Part shown: positions 1-10,349 of the stretch, piece by piece
How the letters are laid out: each line of letters begins with the position of its first letter
How positions within the stretch are numbered: position 1 is the first letter of the stretch
DNA from: an uncultured Bifidobacterium sp.
GTDB taxonomy: Bacteria; Actinomycetota; Actinomycetes; Actinomycetales; Bifidobacteriaceae
NCBI RefSeq assembly: GCF_949292005.1
Contig: NZ_CASEXV010000025.1
Location: 51,186 to 115,185, forward strand
Length of the DNA stretch: 64,000 nt
Reading direction: 5' to 3'
Notes under the pieces: generated by a model
Seen by the model: only the letters and a program-made list of their open reading frames with translations
Told to the model about the DNA's origin: nothing
Databases searched by the model: none
Program-made: the position numbers and the translations under genes

Positions 1-390
1 GGCATCGGCGTGTCCCGCGTTTTGGCGTGCATCGCCGAATCTCATCATGACGACAAGGGTTTGGCATGGCCGGTGGCCGTGGCTCCGGCGCAGGTGCATG
101 TGATCGCGACCGGCAAGGACAGCGTGGCATTTGACGCGGCCGAGCGTTTGGTCGGGGAGCTTGAGGCGCGGGGCGTCGAGGTGTTGTTTGACGACCGGCG
201 CAAGGTGTCTCCCGGAGTGAAGTTCAAGGACGCCGAGTTGATCGGCGTTCCCGTTGTGGCGGTCGCTGGCCGCGACACGGTGTCCAACGGCACGATCGAG
301 GTGCGTGACCGTACCGGCGAGAGATCCGTCGCGGTTCCCGCCGACTCCGCCGCGGACAAAATCGTGGAACGGGTGCGGGAGCTTCTCTGA
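1..390 (+). CDS. proS: Prolyl-tRNA synthetase, C-terminal anticodon-binding domain (partial, runs off the left edge)
   Basis: GIGVSRVLA, GLAWPVAVAPAQVHV, LFDDR-x3-SPGVKFKDAELIGVP motifs. Confidence 0.95.
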   Translation, partial: GIGVSRVLACIAESHHDDKGLAWPVAVAPAQVHVIATGKDSVAFDAAERLVGELEARGVEVLFDDRRKVSPGVKFKDAELIGVPVVAVAGRDTVSNGTIEVRDRTGERSVAVPADSAADKIVERVRELL

Positions 391-450
391 CACCGATTCG
401 AGGCGTGTGCGCGTATCTGGCGGTGCTCGTGTCCGATTGCTACGGCTGTG

Positions 451-482
451 ATGGTCCGTTCCCTTGATGGGGGACGGACCAT
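451..482 (+). terminator. Probable intrinsic terminator after proS
   Basis: ATGGTCCGTTCCC-ttgatg-GGGGACGGACCAT 13-bp stem (one GU) followed by T-rich sequence. Confidence 0.6.
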
Positions 483-761
483 TCGTTGTTGCGTTTGGGG
501 CTGGTCTGGTTTGATGTCTTGTCCTGTCTGATGGCGGCCGCCATGCCTTCGACCACAACTCCTTCGAGGGAGCCCCTCCATGATCGGCGTCGGTCGAGAA
601 TGGTGCCACCGCGTTGGCCGTGATTCTCGACCGGAGCTTGGTGGAAGCCCCCTTCGATGTGTCCGCACGGACTGCGCGGACCACTCGGATTGGCGTTCCC
701 TATTGGAACAGAAGCGAAACCATGGGGAACTCATTGTTGCCGCGCGTCGGAAGGAGACATC

Positions 762-1292
762 ATGCCGCAGCAGGGAATTGCAGTCATCACCGGTTTCGTC
801 GGTTCGGATCCCGGTTCGTTCGGACGGGAGGGAGGGCCCGCCGCGTGCTCATTCCGTCTGGGGTGCACCAGACGATTCTTTGATGCGCAGCAGCGGCAAT
901 GGAGGGATCATCCCACGGTATGGATCACAGTGAAATCTTTCCGTCAACTGGCGGTTAACGTGATGACGAGTGTGAGGAAGGGCGATCCTGTGATCGTCAC
1001 TGGGTCGCTTGCCCAGGACGAGTGGACCAAGGACGGCATCAATCGCACGTCGATCGTCATGCATGCTTCGTGTGTGGGGCATGATCTGTCTCGAGGAACC
1101 AGCACTTTCGTCAAATCGCCTCTTCCCGCTCAGACGGAGGACGGCCTGGGAGGCGAGGAATTTGAGGAGGATGAGCGGGAAGATGGTGATGGCGACGAAC
1201 ATGTCCATGAGAATGCAACGAGGGGCGACGAATCCTCGGATTCCTCCGAAGATGCGACAGGCGATGCCGCCGCGGCTCATCGCGCACGATGA
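762..1292 (+). CDS. ssb: Single-stranded DNA-binding protein (second paralog type, acidic tail)
   Basis: OB-fold pattern ITGFVGSDP...FRLGCTRR...WITVKSFRQLAVNV...KGDPVIVTGSL; AAGGAG RBS before ATG 762. Confidence 0.85.
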   Translation: MPQQGIAVITGFVGSDPGSFGREGGPAACSFRLGCTRRFFDAQQRQWRDHPTVWITVKSFRQLAVNVMTSVRKGDPVIVTGSLAQDEWTKDGINRTSIVMHASCVGHDLSRGTSTFVKSPLPAQTEDGLGGEEFEEDEREDGDGDEHVHENATRGDESSDSSEDATGDAAAAHRAR

Positions 1293-1340
1293 CGGCCATG
1301 TCTCCAACAATGGGAGGGTCGTCAGAACGCCGGTCTTGTC

Positions 1341-3410
1341 CTACCAGATGGTCACCCGCGAATCGGGATCCATCCACATCCCATCCTCTGGACGCACGCC
1401 GAAGGCCTCGTGGAAGAGATCCACATTGCGGACGATTCCATTGGTCCGGAATTCGGCAGGCGAATGAGGATCGATCTGCAGATACTGTTCGGCAAGCTCG
1501 TCGCGCTGTTTTGTGCGCCAAATCGAGGCATAGCTCAGGAAGAAACGCTGAATCCCCGTGAATCCGTCCAATATGGGTGCGGTTTCCAGCAGATCGCGTA
1601 TGCCATTCGCCGACTCGTCGTGGGGAAGTGAGGACGAGTCGGCGAGGGCGAATGCGTATGCCTTGAGTGATATGGACACGCCGCACAGGTCACCGATGTT
1701 CTCTCCGATTGTCAAGGATCCATTCACGTGTGGGGCGTGGTCCGGATTCTGAGCGTACTTTTCGGTTAGTTGTTCGGGAACATACGAATCGTATTGGGCG
1801 ATCAGGGATTTCGTGAGCTTGTCGAAGCGGACTCTGTCCTCGTCGGTCCACCAATTGCTGAGGCGGCCGTGACCGTCGTACTGGCTTCCCTGATCGTCGA
1901 AGCCGTGTCCGATCTCATGTCCGATCACAGTGCCGATGCCTCCATAGTTGGCGGCATCATCGACGTTTGGATCGAAGAAGGGAGGCTGAAGTATGGCCGC
2001 GGGGAAGACGATGACGTTCATGGTCGGCTCGTAGTAGGCGTTCACCGTCTGCGGGTTCATGAGCCACTCGTCACGGTCAACGGCGTGCCCCGCCTTGGAC
2101 AGCTGATACCCCGATTCGTAGAGGGAAGCCGCGCGCATATTCGGTACAAGGCCCGCGTCGGAATGGATATCCAAGGCGGAGTAGTCGCGCCAATGCGAGG
2201 TGCATCCGATCTTGGGGACGAATGCCGCGAGCTTGTCGAGCGCCTTCGCCTTCGTGCCCTCGCCCAGCCAGTCGCTGGATCGGATCGATGCGCGGTAGGC
2301 CTCAATGAGGTTGGATACCAGCGCCTCCATCCTTTCGCGCGACTCCTGTGGGAAATGCCGTGACGCGTATTCGCGCCCGACATCCTCGCCGCATACGCTG
2401 TTGACGAGGGAAACCCCGCGTTTCCAACGGGCGCGCTGCTCCGGAGCCCCAGACAGGGTTCTTCCGAAGAAATCGAAGTTGGTCGAATCGAATTCCGATG
2501 ACAGCATGGGGGCCCATCCCATGATGGTATGGACGCGGGCCCAGAGAATCAGCTCATCAAGAGTGCTGTCCCGCCAAAAACGGCCCAATCCGGAGATGAA
2601 GCTGGGCTCATGGACGATCGTGCGGGACAACGCGGAGAGAATATCCACCGGCAGAAGCGAGGATGCCCGAGTGGAGTCGTACGACCTCTGCCACGCGCGG
2701 GCCCATCGTTCGATGTTCCAACCGGCCAGCGAGGATTCAAGATCGGCGAAGTCGGTGGGATTATATGTTTTCTGCGAATCGCGAGTCTCGACGTTGTTCC
2801 AGTGGTAAGCGGCGAGACGCGTCTCCACGCGAAGGAATAGATCGGCCTGCGAATCCGCATCGTCGTAACCCGCGTGCCGGAGCTGGTCGGACACCATTCG
2901 CGCGTAGGACTGGCGTATCGGCTCGTATCTTTTTTCGCGGTAGTACGCCTCATCGGGGAGTCCCAGACCACCCTGCTCGATGTGGACGATGTTCACGTCC
3001 GGGTCTCCCGGGTCGCCGTACACGCCGATGTCGAGAAGGTCGGGTCCTCCCTGGGCGGACAGCGATCCCAAAGTCTCAGTGAGGGAATCTTTTTCGGAGC
3101 ACGAGTCGATGGCGTCAAGATCGGGGCGAATCGGTGACGCTCCGGCCTCCTCAACCGAATCGGTGTCGCAGAAGGAGCGATACAGGGCCTGCGATTTGGG
3201 GGCCGTGCTGTCGTCGTCCTCCAGAATGTCCCGGATGTCGTTCTCCGCCTGCTCTGCGAGACGGTCGAAGGATCCATAACGGGAACGGTCGTCGGGCAGC
3301 CGATAGGTGTCAATCCATGGACCATTGACATAGCGGAACAAATCGTCACGTGGTGTGGTAACCGCCGAAAAGGAGGAGGGATCCACGCCGGAGAGCTCAG
3401 ATGTCGTCAT
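1341..3410 (-). CDS. pepO: M13 family zinc endopeptidase
   Basis: VNAYY, HEIGH zinc motif, GENIGD, DPHSPAEFR. Confidence 0.95.
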   Translation of the reverse strand: MTTSELSGVDPSSFSAVTTPRDDLFRYVNGPWIDTYRLPDDRSRYGSFDRLAEQAENDIRDILEDDDSTAPKSQALYRSFCDTDSVEEAGASPIRPDLDAIDSCSEKDSLTETLGSLSAQGGPDLLDIGVYGDPGDPDVNIVHIEQGGLGLPDEAYYREKRYEPIRQSYARMVSDQLRHAGYDDADSQADLFLRVETRLAAYHWNNVETRDSQKTYNPTDFADLESSLAGWNIERWARAWQRSYDSTRASSLLPVDILSALSRTIVHEPSFISGLGRFWRDSTLDELILWARVHTIMGWAPMLSSEFDSTNFDFFGRTLSGAPEQRARWKRGVSLVNSVCGEDVGREYASRHFPQESRERMEALVSNLIEAYRASIRSSDWLGEGTKAKALDKLAAFVPKIGCTSHWRDYSALDIHSDAGLVPNMRAASLYESGYQLSKAGHAVDRDEWLMNPQTVNAYYEPTMNVIVFPAAILQPPFFDPNVDDAANYGGIGTVIGHEIGHGFDDQGSQYDGHGRLSNWWTDEDRVRFDKLTKSLIAQYDSYVPEQLTEKYAQNPDHAPHVNGSLTIGENIGDLCGVSISLKAYAFALADSSSLPHDESANGIRDLLETAPILDGFTGIQRFFLSYASIWRTKQRDELAEQYLQIDPHSPAEFRTNGIVRNVDLFHEAFGVRPEDGMWMDPDSRVTIW

Positions 3411-3664
3411 GTTTTCACACTATCCACATCCGTGATTGAAGACAAACGGGACAGCGCGGCACGCGGAGCCGTCATCTGGGTGGATGACCGGATAGTGGGA
3501 TGGGGGATTGGAGTGCGCGTGGATCCCTTCCGCGGGTATTCGCGGACCTTTTCACTCGGCTACCATTGAAGCGGCATGTGCACAAAGCTTTGGCCGCGCC
3601 GAACGTGGTCGCCATGGACGACCACGACGGTGGGGACGGCTGGAATCAACGCAGGAGAACGATT

Positions 3665-4294
3665 ATGACATCGACACCACAGAACGGCACGCCCGGAAAC
3701 GGCGGATGGAACGAGGGTCCGGCGTCGAATCCCTTCCGGCTTGTCGAGGAGATGCTTCCGCAGAAGGCCAAAAGCGCAGTGCGGACCAGGTACGGGATTC
3801 TGGGCGTGGCCGCCGTTCTTCTTGGCGGTGCACTTCTTTTCTGGCCAGGGCGGACGCTGTCGGTCGCCGCGATTCTGATTGGAATCTATTTCATCGTGTC
3901 GGGTGTGATCCGAATCGTGAGCGCACTGGTGGAGCTGGGGCTCCCCGCGGGATGGAGGGTTCTTGACATTCTGGTCGGCGTTCTTCTCTCCGTGGGCGGC
4001 GTGATCATGCTCAAGAACACCACGTTGTCCGCGACGACTCTCGCGGTGCTGGTGACTATGACGGTCGGCATCGGATGGATCATGGAGGGAGTCATCGCGC
4101 TGACGGAGTCCTGGAAGGTTCCGAATTCGGGATGGGCGGTCGCCTATGCGGTTCTGTCCATCATTGCTGGCGTGGTGGTCCTCGTGTTCCCGCTGTCGGC
4201 CACGGCCATGATGATCATCTTCGCAGCGGTCGCCCTTCTTGTGACCGGAGTGGTGGCGGTCGTCCGAGCGTTCAGTTTCGGCAGGTCCCGCTGA
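3665..4294 (+). CDS. HdeD/DUF308 family membrane protein
   Basis: About six hydrophobic helices with the repeated G-x-(L/F)-x-x-x-G pattern; AGGAG RBS before ATG 3665. Confidence 0.75.
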   Translation: MTSTPQNGTPGNGGWNEGPASNPFRLVEEMLPQKAKSAVRTRYGILGVAAVLLGGALLFWPGRTLSVAAILIGIYFIVSGVIRIVSALVELGLPAGWRVLDILVGVLLSVGGVIMLKNTTLSATTLAVLVTMTVGIGWIMEGVIALTESWKVPNSGWAVAYAVLSIIAGVVVLVFPLSATAMMIIFAAVALLVTGVVAVVRAFSFGRSR

Positions 4295-4348
4295 CCATCC
4301 CGCGGACGGCGCATCGTTCTTGTTCGTGTGGGGAACTAGGGTGAAGAC

Positions 4349-5128
4349 ATGATTGAGTTGAAGACGCCATCGGAAATCGAGGCGATGAAGCCGGCGGGAA
4401 GGTTCGTGGGGTCCATTCTCACGGAGCTGCGCAAGCGCACAACCGTCGGCACCAACCTCCTGGAGATTGATGATTATGTCAAAGAGAGGGTTCTGAGTCG
4501 CAAAGGCGCGGAATCCTGCTACGTGGACTACGCTCCCGATTTCGGAACGGGACCGTTCGCCCACTACATCTGCACATCGGTTAACGATGCCGTTCTTCAT
4601 GGCGTTCCCTACGACTACAACCTCAAGGACGGCGACCTCGTCAGCCTCGATCTGGCGCTCAGCGTCGATGGTTGGGTGGGTGATTCGGCGATCAGTTTCG
4701 TCGTCGGGCGGGACAAGAATCCCGAGGATCTGCGTCTTATCGCGTGCACGGAGAAGGCCCTTGAGGCAGGCATCGCGCAGGCGCGGCCGGGCAACCGCCT
4801 GGGCGACGTCTCCGCCGCCATCGGCGATGTGGCGCGGTCGGATGGGTACACGGTCAATGTGGAGTTCGGCGGGCACGGCGTGGGGCACGTTATGCATGGC
4901 GATCCGCATGTGGCCAACGACGGGCGGGCCGGCCACGGATACCGTCTTCGTCCGGGTCTGGTCATCGCCATTGAGCCTTGGTTCATGGCGACGACCGACG
5001 AGATCTATCAGGATCCGAAGGATGGATGGACGTTGCGCTCCTCGGATGGATCCCGGGGCGCGCACACCGAGCACACCATCGCCATCACCGAGGATGGTCC
5101 GGTCATCCTCACTGCGCGGGACGAGTAA
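4349..5128 (+). CDS. map: Methionine aminopeptidase type I
   Basis: CTSVNDAVLHGVP, GHGVG-x-x-MH, IAIEP, AHTEHTIAIT. Confidence 0.95.
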   Translation: MIELKTPSEIEAMKPAGRFVGSILTELRKRTTVGTNLLEIDDYVKERVLSRKGAESCYVDYAPDFGTGPFAHYICTSVNDAVLHGVPYDYNLKDGDLVSLDLALSVDGWVGDSAISFVVGRDKNPEDLRLIACTEKALEAGIAQARPGNRLGDVSAAIGDVARSDGYTVNVEFGGHGVGHVMHGDPHVANDGRAGHGYRLRPGLVIAIEPWFMATTDEIYQDPKDGWTLRSSDGSRGAHTEHTIAITEDGPVILTARDE

Positions 5129-5215
5129 GTGACCACGGATCGATGCGCCATGCGGCCTGGGGCCTACGCCCCGGGCCGCATGGGTATGTATCGCCATTGA
5201 GAGGAGGACGCGCTG

Positions 5216-6511
5216 ATGAGTTCGGCGGAGTTCGATGTCGATGACAATAAATTCACGCTTCCAGTCGTCAAGGCGACGGAAGGACCCGATGGCATCGTCG
5301 TGTCCAAGTTGCGCAACGATGGATGGGTGACGCTGGACCCGGGATTTTTGACCACCGCGCAGTGCGAATCCAAGATCACGTTCATCGATGGAAGCAAATC
5401 CGTTCTGCGGTATCGCGGGTATCCGATCGAGCAGCTGTGCGAGAAGTCGGACTTCCTGGAGGTCGCGTGGCTTCTGCGGCATGGCGAGCTTCCTACGCAG
5501 GAGCAGTACGACCGCTTCTGCTCGGACATCAACCATCGGACGATGGTGGGCGAGGATTTCCGCACGTTTATGGGTTCCTTCCCCCGGACGGCCCATCCCA
5601 TGAGCATGCTGGCCTCGGCGGTCAACGCCTTGGCGACGTTCTATCCGGACACTACTGACGTCTCGGACTCGGACCAGCTCGACGAGGCGGCCACCATCAT
5701 CATGGCCAAGGTGCGGACCATCGTGAGCTACATATTCCGCCGCCGGCGTGATGAGCCCATGCTGTTTCCCGACTATTCGCGGGGCTATGTGGACGATTTC
5801 CTCCGCATGTGCTTCGCGGTGCCGTATGAGCCCTTCGAATCCGATCCATTGTATGTGCATGCCCTCGGACGGTTGCTGATCATCCATGCCGACCATGAGC
5901 AGAACTGCTCGACGTCGGTTGTGAGGATAGCGGGAAGCGCGCACGCCAACCTGTACTCCGCGATCGCCGCGGGAATCAACGCACTGTCCGGACCGTTGCA
6001 CGGCGGAGCCAACGAGGCAGTGCTTCGCCAGCTCAAAGCCATCCGAGACTCGGGAAAGACTGTCGAGGAGTTCGTCGAATGGTCCAAGGAGAACGGACGG
6101 CGAATCTCCGGACTGGGGCATCGCGTCTATAAGTCCTATGATCCGCGCGCCGCAATCGCCAAGCAATATTTGGAGAAGATCATGGCAAGGTCGGACACCT
6201 CTCGTTTGCCTGCCGACGAACGGGCTCTTTTCGATGTCGCGACCGAGCTTGAGCGCATCGCCATGAGCGACGAGTATTTCATCTCCAGACATCTCTATCC
6301 GAACGTCGATTTCTACACGGGTCTCATCTATCGCGCCATAGGCTTCGATCCCGCGATGTTCACTACGCTGTTCGCCTTGGGAAGGATTCCGGGGTGGATC
6401 GCCCAGTACCGTGAGATGCTTGCGGACCCCAACACCAAGATAGGCCGTCCCCGGCAGGTGTACACGGGCGAGGATGAGAGGCCATACGTTCCTATGTGCG
6501 ACAGGGGATGA
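5216..6511 (+). CDS. gltA: Citrate synthase
   Basis: LRYRGYPIEQL, HADHEQNCST, GPLHGGAN, GLGHRVYK, YPNVDFY. Confidence 0.97.
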   Translation: MSSAEFDVDDNKFTLPVVKATEGPDGIVVSKLRNDGWVTLDPGFLTTAQCESKITFIDGSKSVLRYRGYPIEQLCEKSDFLEVAWLLRHGELPTQEQYDRFCSDINHRTMVGEDFRTFMGSFPRTAHPMSMLASAVNALATFYPDTTDVSDSDQLDEAATIIMAKVRTIVSYIFRRRRDEPMLFPDYSRGYVDDFLRMCFAVPYEPFESDPLYVHALGRLLIIHADHEQNCSTSVVRIAGSAHANLYSAIAAGINALSGPLHGGANEAVLRQLKAIRDSGKTVEEFVEWSKENGRRISGLGHRVYKSYDPRAAIAKQYLEKIMARSDTSRLPADERALFDVATELERIAMSDEYFISRHLYPNVDFYTGLIYRAIGFDPAMFTTLFALGRIPGWIAQYREMLADPNTKIGRPRQVYTGEDERPYVPMCDRG

Positions 6512-6602
6512 TGCAAAGGGCAACGGGTGATGCCCGTTTGTGGAATCCCGCCCATCCGCGAACCGCATGACATAGTGCGTTAGGGGTTGGGTGGGATCGT
6601 CG

Positions 6603-7598
6603 TCAGTTCCTGTGGAGCTTCTCGTTGAGGGCGATGCCGACTTTTCGGTACCGGGCCTCGATCGCTCCGGTGACCGAATTGCGGATGAACAGGATGTTGT
6701 TCTTGCCGCTGAGCTCGGCAGCTTTCACCACGTCAAGAGGTTCACCCGCAGCCACCTTCGATTTGTCATGGATGGTGACCTTGGTGCCGGCGGTGATGTA
6801 CAGTCCCGCCTCGACGACGCAGTTGTCTCCCAGAGAGATTCCGATCCCGGCGTTCGCCCCGAGAAGACTGTGCTCCCCGATGGAGTTCCGCAGCCTTCCA
6901 CCACCTGACAGCGTGCCCATGATTGACGATCCTCCGCCGATGTCCGATCCGTCGCCCACAACGACGCCTTGCGACACGCGGCCCTCGACCATCGACACCC
7001 CAAGCGTCCCGGCGTTGAAGTTCACGAAGCCCGCGTGCATCACGGTCGTTCCCGACGACAGATAGGCCCCAAGCCTCACCCTGTCCGCGTCTCCGATGCG
7101 CACGCCCGTGGGAACGACATAATCGACCATGCGGGGGAACTTGTCGACGCCCAGCACGCAGACGGTCTCGGGGGTGGACCGGTTCTCACCACGGGATGCG
7201 GCCTCCATCACGGCGAGTCGTCGAAGAGCGAACCCCTCCACCGGGAACGGGCCGTGATCGGTCCACACAACCGTCGTCAGAGCCGAGAAGATTCCCTCGA
7301 GATTGATGGTGTTCGGCTTGACGAGTCGTGTGCTCAGCAGATGAAGGCGAAGGTAGGCATCCGCCGCGTTAGTGATGGGGGACTGCAGATCCACGTCGGT
7401 GAACACCGGAACTCGTCGCACGCCCCGGTTGTCGAGGTTGGGAAGGACAAGCGCCCCGAAGCCGTGGTCGGGACGGTCGGCCGCCGTCGGTGCCGCCCCC
7501 AGATGGGGGTCGGGATACCACGTGTCCAGCGTCGTTCCCTGATCGTCGATCGACGCCAAACCCCAGCCCCATGCGTGGGTAAGTGTGTCCTCTGCCAT
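6603..7598 (-). CDS. dapD: Tetrahydrodipicolinate N-succinyltransferase (actinobacterial type)
   Basis: [39 protein letters not shown], hexapeptide repeats; start MAEDT after a GGAAAGGA RBS. Confidence 0.93.
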   Translation of the reverse strand: MAEDTLTHAWGWGLASIDDQGTTLDTWYPDPHLGAAPTAADRPDHGFGALVLPNLDNRGVRRVPVFTDVDLQSPITNAADAYLRLHLLSTRLVKPNTINLEGIFSALTTVVWTDHGPFPVEGFALRRLAVMEAASRGENRSTPETVCVLGVDKFPRMVDYVVPTGVRIGDADRVRLGAYLSSGTTVMHAGFVNFNAGTLGVSMVEGRVSQGVVVGDGSDIGGGSSIMGTLSGGGRLRNSIGEHSLLGANAGIGISLGDNCVVEAGLYITAGTKVTIHDKSKVAAGEPLDVVKAAELSGKNNILFIRNSVTGAIEARYRKVGIALNEKLHRN

Positions 7599-7736
7599 GC
7601 CGTGATTCCTTTCCGCCGGAGGATCGCGTCCGGCGGCCCACGACAGGCCCCGTCGCACGTCCAATTGAGACCAACTGTACAGCTCCGTCATCGACGCGAC
7701 GAGGAGAATTCCACGATCGTGCGTACAATGGCCGGC

Positions 7737-7868
7737 ATGAGCGACGGCAGGGATGACAGAGAGCGGCGTGAGCGGCGGCAGAGGTTGGTCGCGCGTGTCG
7801 TGTGCGTCGTCGTTGTGGCCTCGATGTTTGTGGCGCTGGTTCTTCCCGCCATCTATTCCGGTCTTTGA
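7737..7868 (+). CDS. Small (43 aa) single-pass membrane protein
   Basis: [43 protein letters not shown]: charged N-terminus then one TM helix; TACAAT 7 nt upstream. Confidence 0.55.
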   Translation: MSDGRDDRERRERRQRLVARVVCVVVVASMFVALVLPAIYSGL

Positions 7869-8012
7869 CGGATTTTCGGCATGATGCGGACGCCCGACGG
7901 CCCACGGGGCGATGACCGCTGAGGAGTGTGGGCGTGGTGCGATGTGTGGACAGTGGATATGGTGGGCCGGCGGGAAGTCCGGCACGGACGATGACGGAAT
8001 ATGGTGGTGATG

Positions 8013-9164
8013 ATGGCAGATTTTGATTACGCTCAGGAGCTTGCGCAGATCGATGAGAAAAGTGCGATGATGTCGAAGGCGTTGGATGTCGACGAGCTTC
8101 GCGACAGCATCAGGAGCCTGGAGGTCCAGGCGGCGGAGCCCGGCCTGTGGGATGATCCCGAGCACGCGCAGAAGGTGACGACGCATCTGTCGGTAGCCCA
8201 GTCGCAGTTGAGGCGGCTGGAGGACCTTGCCCGCCGCATTGAGGATGTCCACACTTTAGTGGAGTTGGGCCGTGAGGAATCCGACAAGGAATCCCTTGAA
8301 GAGGCGCGGGCCGAGATCACTTCGATTCGTTCCGATCTGGCGGATCTTGAGGTGCAGACGCTGCTCGATGGAGAATACGACGCGCGCTCCGCCGTCGTTA
8401 CCCTGCGATCGGGCGCCGGAGGTGTCGATGCCGCTGACTTCACCCAGATGCTTCTGCGTATGTATCTTCGGTGGGCGGAGCGTCATGGATACAAAACGAC
8501 GATGATGGACACCTCGTACGCCGAGGAGGCTGGGATCAAATCCGCCACCTTCCGCGTCGACGCGCCATACGCGTATGGACGGATGTCTGTCGAGGGAGGA
8601 ACGCACAGATTGGTCCGCATATCGCCGTTCGACAATCAGGGCAGGAGGCAGACCAGCTTCGCGGCCGTGGAGGTCGTGCCACTCGTCGAGGCGACCGATC
8701 ACATTGACGTGCCCGATTCCGACATCCGAGTCGACACCTACTGTTCCTCGGGTCCAGGGGGACAGGGGGTCAACACCACGTATTCCGCCGTTCGGATCAC
8801 GCATTTCCCCACGGGGATCGTGGTGACCATGCAGGACGAACGTAGCCAGATCCAGAACAGGGCGGCGGCGATGGCCGTTCTCCAGTCGCGGCTTCTTGTT
8901 CTGCGCCATGAGGAGGAGGCGCGGAAGAAGAAGGAGCTCGCGGGGGACATCAAGGCGAGTTGGGGAGACCAGATGCGGTCCTACGTGCTGCATCCCTATC
9001 AGATGGTCAAGGATCTGCGCACCGGCTATGAGACCTCGCAGACCCAAGCGGTCTTCGACGGGGATATCGATGCGTTCATCGAGGCGGGAATCCGATGGCG
9101 ACATGAGCAACGCAAGGCAGAGCAGGCCGGCTCGGATGCCGCCAACGGTTCGACTGGAAAGTAG
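8013..9164 (+). CDS. prfB: Peptide chain release factor 2
   Basis: [10 protein letters not shown] (SPF), [10 protein letters not shown] (GGQ), [15 protein letters not shown]. Confidence 0.97.
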   Translation: MADFDYAQELAQIDEKSAMMSKALDVDELRDSIRSLEVQAAEPGLWDDPEHAQKVTTHLSVAQSQLRRLEDLARRIEDVHTLVELGREESDKESLEEARAEITSIRSDLADLEVQTLLDGEYDARSAVVTLRSGAGGVDAADFTQMLLRMYLRWAERHGYKTTMMDTSYAEEAGIKSATFRVDAPYAYGRMSVEGGTHRLVRISPFDNQGRRQTSFAAVEVVPLVEATDHIDVPDSDIRVDTYCSSGPGGQGVNTTYSAVRITHFPTGIVVTMQDERSQIQNRAAAMAVLQSRLLVLRHEEEARKKKELAGDIKASWGDQMRSYVLHPYQMVKDLRTGYETSQTQAVFDGDIDAFIEAGIRWRHEQRKAEQAGSDAANGSTGK

Positions 9165-9197
9165 ATTCCACGTGGGAAACGGGAAGGATGACGCGAC

Positions 9198-10349
9198 ATG
9201 GCGCTGATCACTTTGGACAAGGTGTCGAAGGTCTATCCCAAGGGCACACGCCCGGCGTTGGACGATATCACGCTCCACATTAATCGTGGTGATTTCGTGT
9301 TTCTTGTGGGATCGTCCGGCTCGGGGAAGACCACCTTGCTCAGTCTGCTCCTTCGGGAGGAAGAGGCCACCGATGGGGAGATCCACGTAGCGGGCAACGA
9401 TTTGAGAAGGCTGCCCAACAGGCAGATTCCGCGCTACCGCCGGTCGTTGGGCTTCGTTTTCCAGGATTACAAGCTTCTCAACAATAAAACCGTTTGGCAG
9501 AACGTGGCCTTCGCTTTGGCGGTGATCGGCGAGAGCAGGTCCACCATCAGAACGATGGTCCCCAAGGTTCTCGAAACGGTGGGACTGACGGGCAAGGAGC
9601 GCAACTATCCCCATGAGCTGTCGGGCGGCGAGGCCCAGCGTGTGGCCATAGCGCGTGCCTACGTCAACCATCCGCAGATTCTTCTTGCGGATGAACCGAC
9701 GGGAAACCTCGACCCCACAACATCGCTGGGAATCATGGAGGTGCTTGATTCCATCAATCGTCTGGGAACGACCATCGTGATGGCGACCCACAACGAGGAG
9801 ATCGTCAATTCCATGAGACGACGCGTGGTCGAGCTCCATGAAGGGGTTATCGTGCGCGACGAGGCCCGTGGGTCGTACGACTCGTCCCTGTATTACGAGA
9901 AAGAGTCGGCTGTCGCCGAATCATCCCAACCACGGTCTCTAACCATCGATGGCGAGGATGACGGCATCGCACGACTCGCGACCTCCCTGCACTCGGGCAG
10001 GGTCGGACGCTATGGTGAGGCCTTCCAGCCAGTCGAAACGACGATGACCTGGGGCAAGGGAATCGATTTGGAATCGCAGGGGGCGGCGGGATCTCAGGAA
10101 TCACGAGAACAGGAGGATTCGGAGGAGCGGAATCCTCAGGATGGGGTCCAATCAGGGGCTCTTCCGCCATCTCCACCATCTCCGCCAACACCTCCCGAAC
10201 CGCCGGTTCCTGTCGAACGGTCAGCAGAGGGAGCCCAACAACAGTCCGATGTCGAGCAGGGTTCTGGTATCCAGCGGCCACAGGACGAGATGGACGGCAT
10301 CGGGGCCGATTCCGCGCGTGAGGCGCCCGCCAAGGAGAGTGGACGATGA
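9198..10349 (+). CDS. ftsE: Cell division ABC ATPase with long acidic/Pro-rich C-terminal extension
   Basis: [42 protein letters not shown]; adjacent to ftsX. Confidence 0.93.
   Translation: MALITLDKVSKVYPKGTRPALDDITLHINRGDFVFLVGSSGSGKTTLLSLLLREEEATDGEIHVAGNDLRRLPNRQIPRYRRSLGFVFQDYKLLNNKTVWQNVAFALAVIGESRSTIRTMVPKVLETVGLTGKERNYPHELSGGEAQRVAIARAYVNHPQILLADEPTGNLDPTTSLGIMEVLDSINRLGTTIVMATHNEEIVNSMRRRVVELHEGVIVRDEARGSYDSSLYYEKESAVAESSQPRSLTIDGEDDGIARLATSLHSGRVGRYGEAFQPVETTMTWGKGIDLESQGAAGSQESREQEDSEERNPQDGVQSGALPPSPPSPPTPPEPPVPVERSAEGAQQQSDVEQGSGIQRPQDEMDGIGADSAREAPAKESGR

Noticed and set aside
531-544. Perfect palindrome ATGGCGGCCGCCAT between proS and ssb
   Set aside because: GC-rich, about 220 nt from the ssb start and not repeated; plausible by chance.
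3560-6568. 1002-aa minus-strand ORF
   Set aside because: Antisense shadow of the hdeD-like gene, map and gltA. It has no recognisable motifs, and long stop-free antisense frames are expected from high-GC codon bias.
8013-8120. Programmed +1 frameshift in prfB
   Set aside because: The ORF is continuous with no CTT-TGA site, as is usual for Actinobacteria.
6603-8252. 549-aa version of DapD
   Set aside because: The N-terminal ~217 aa overlap prfB and the small ORF on the other strand. The real start is 7598, which has an RBS.
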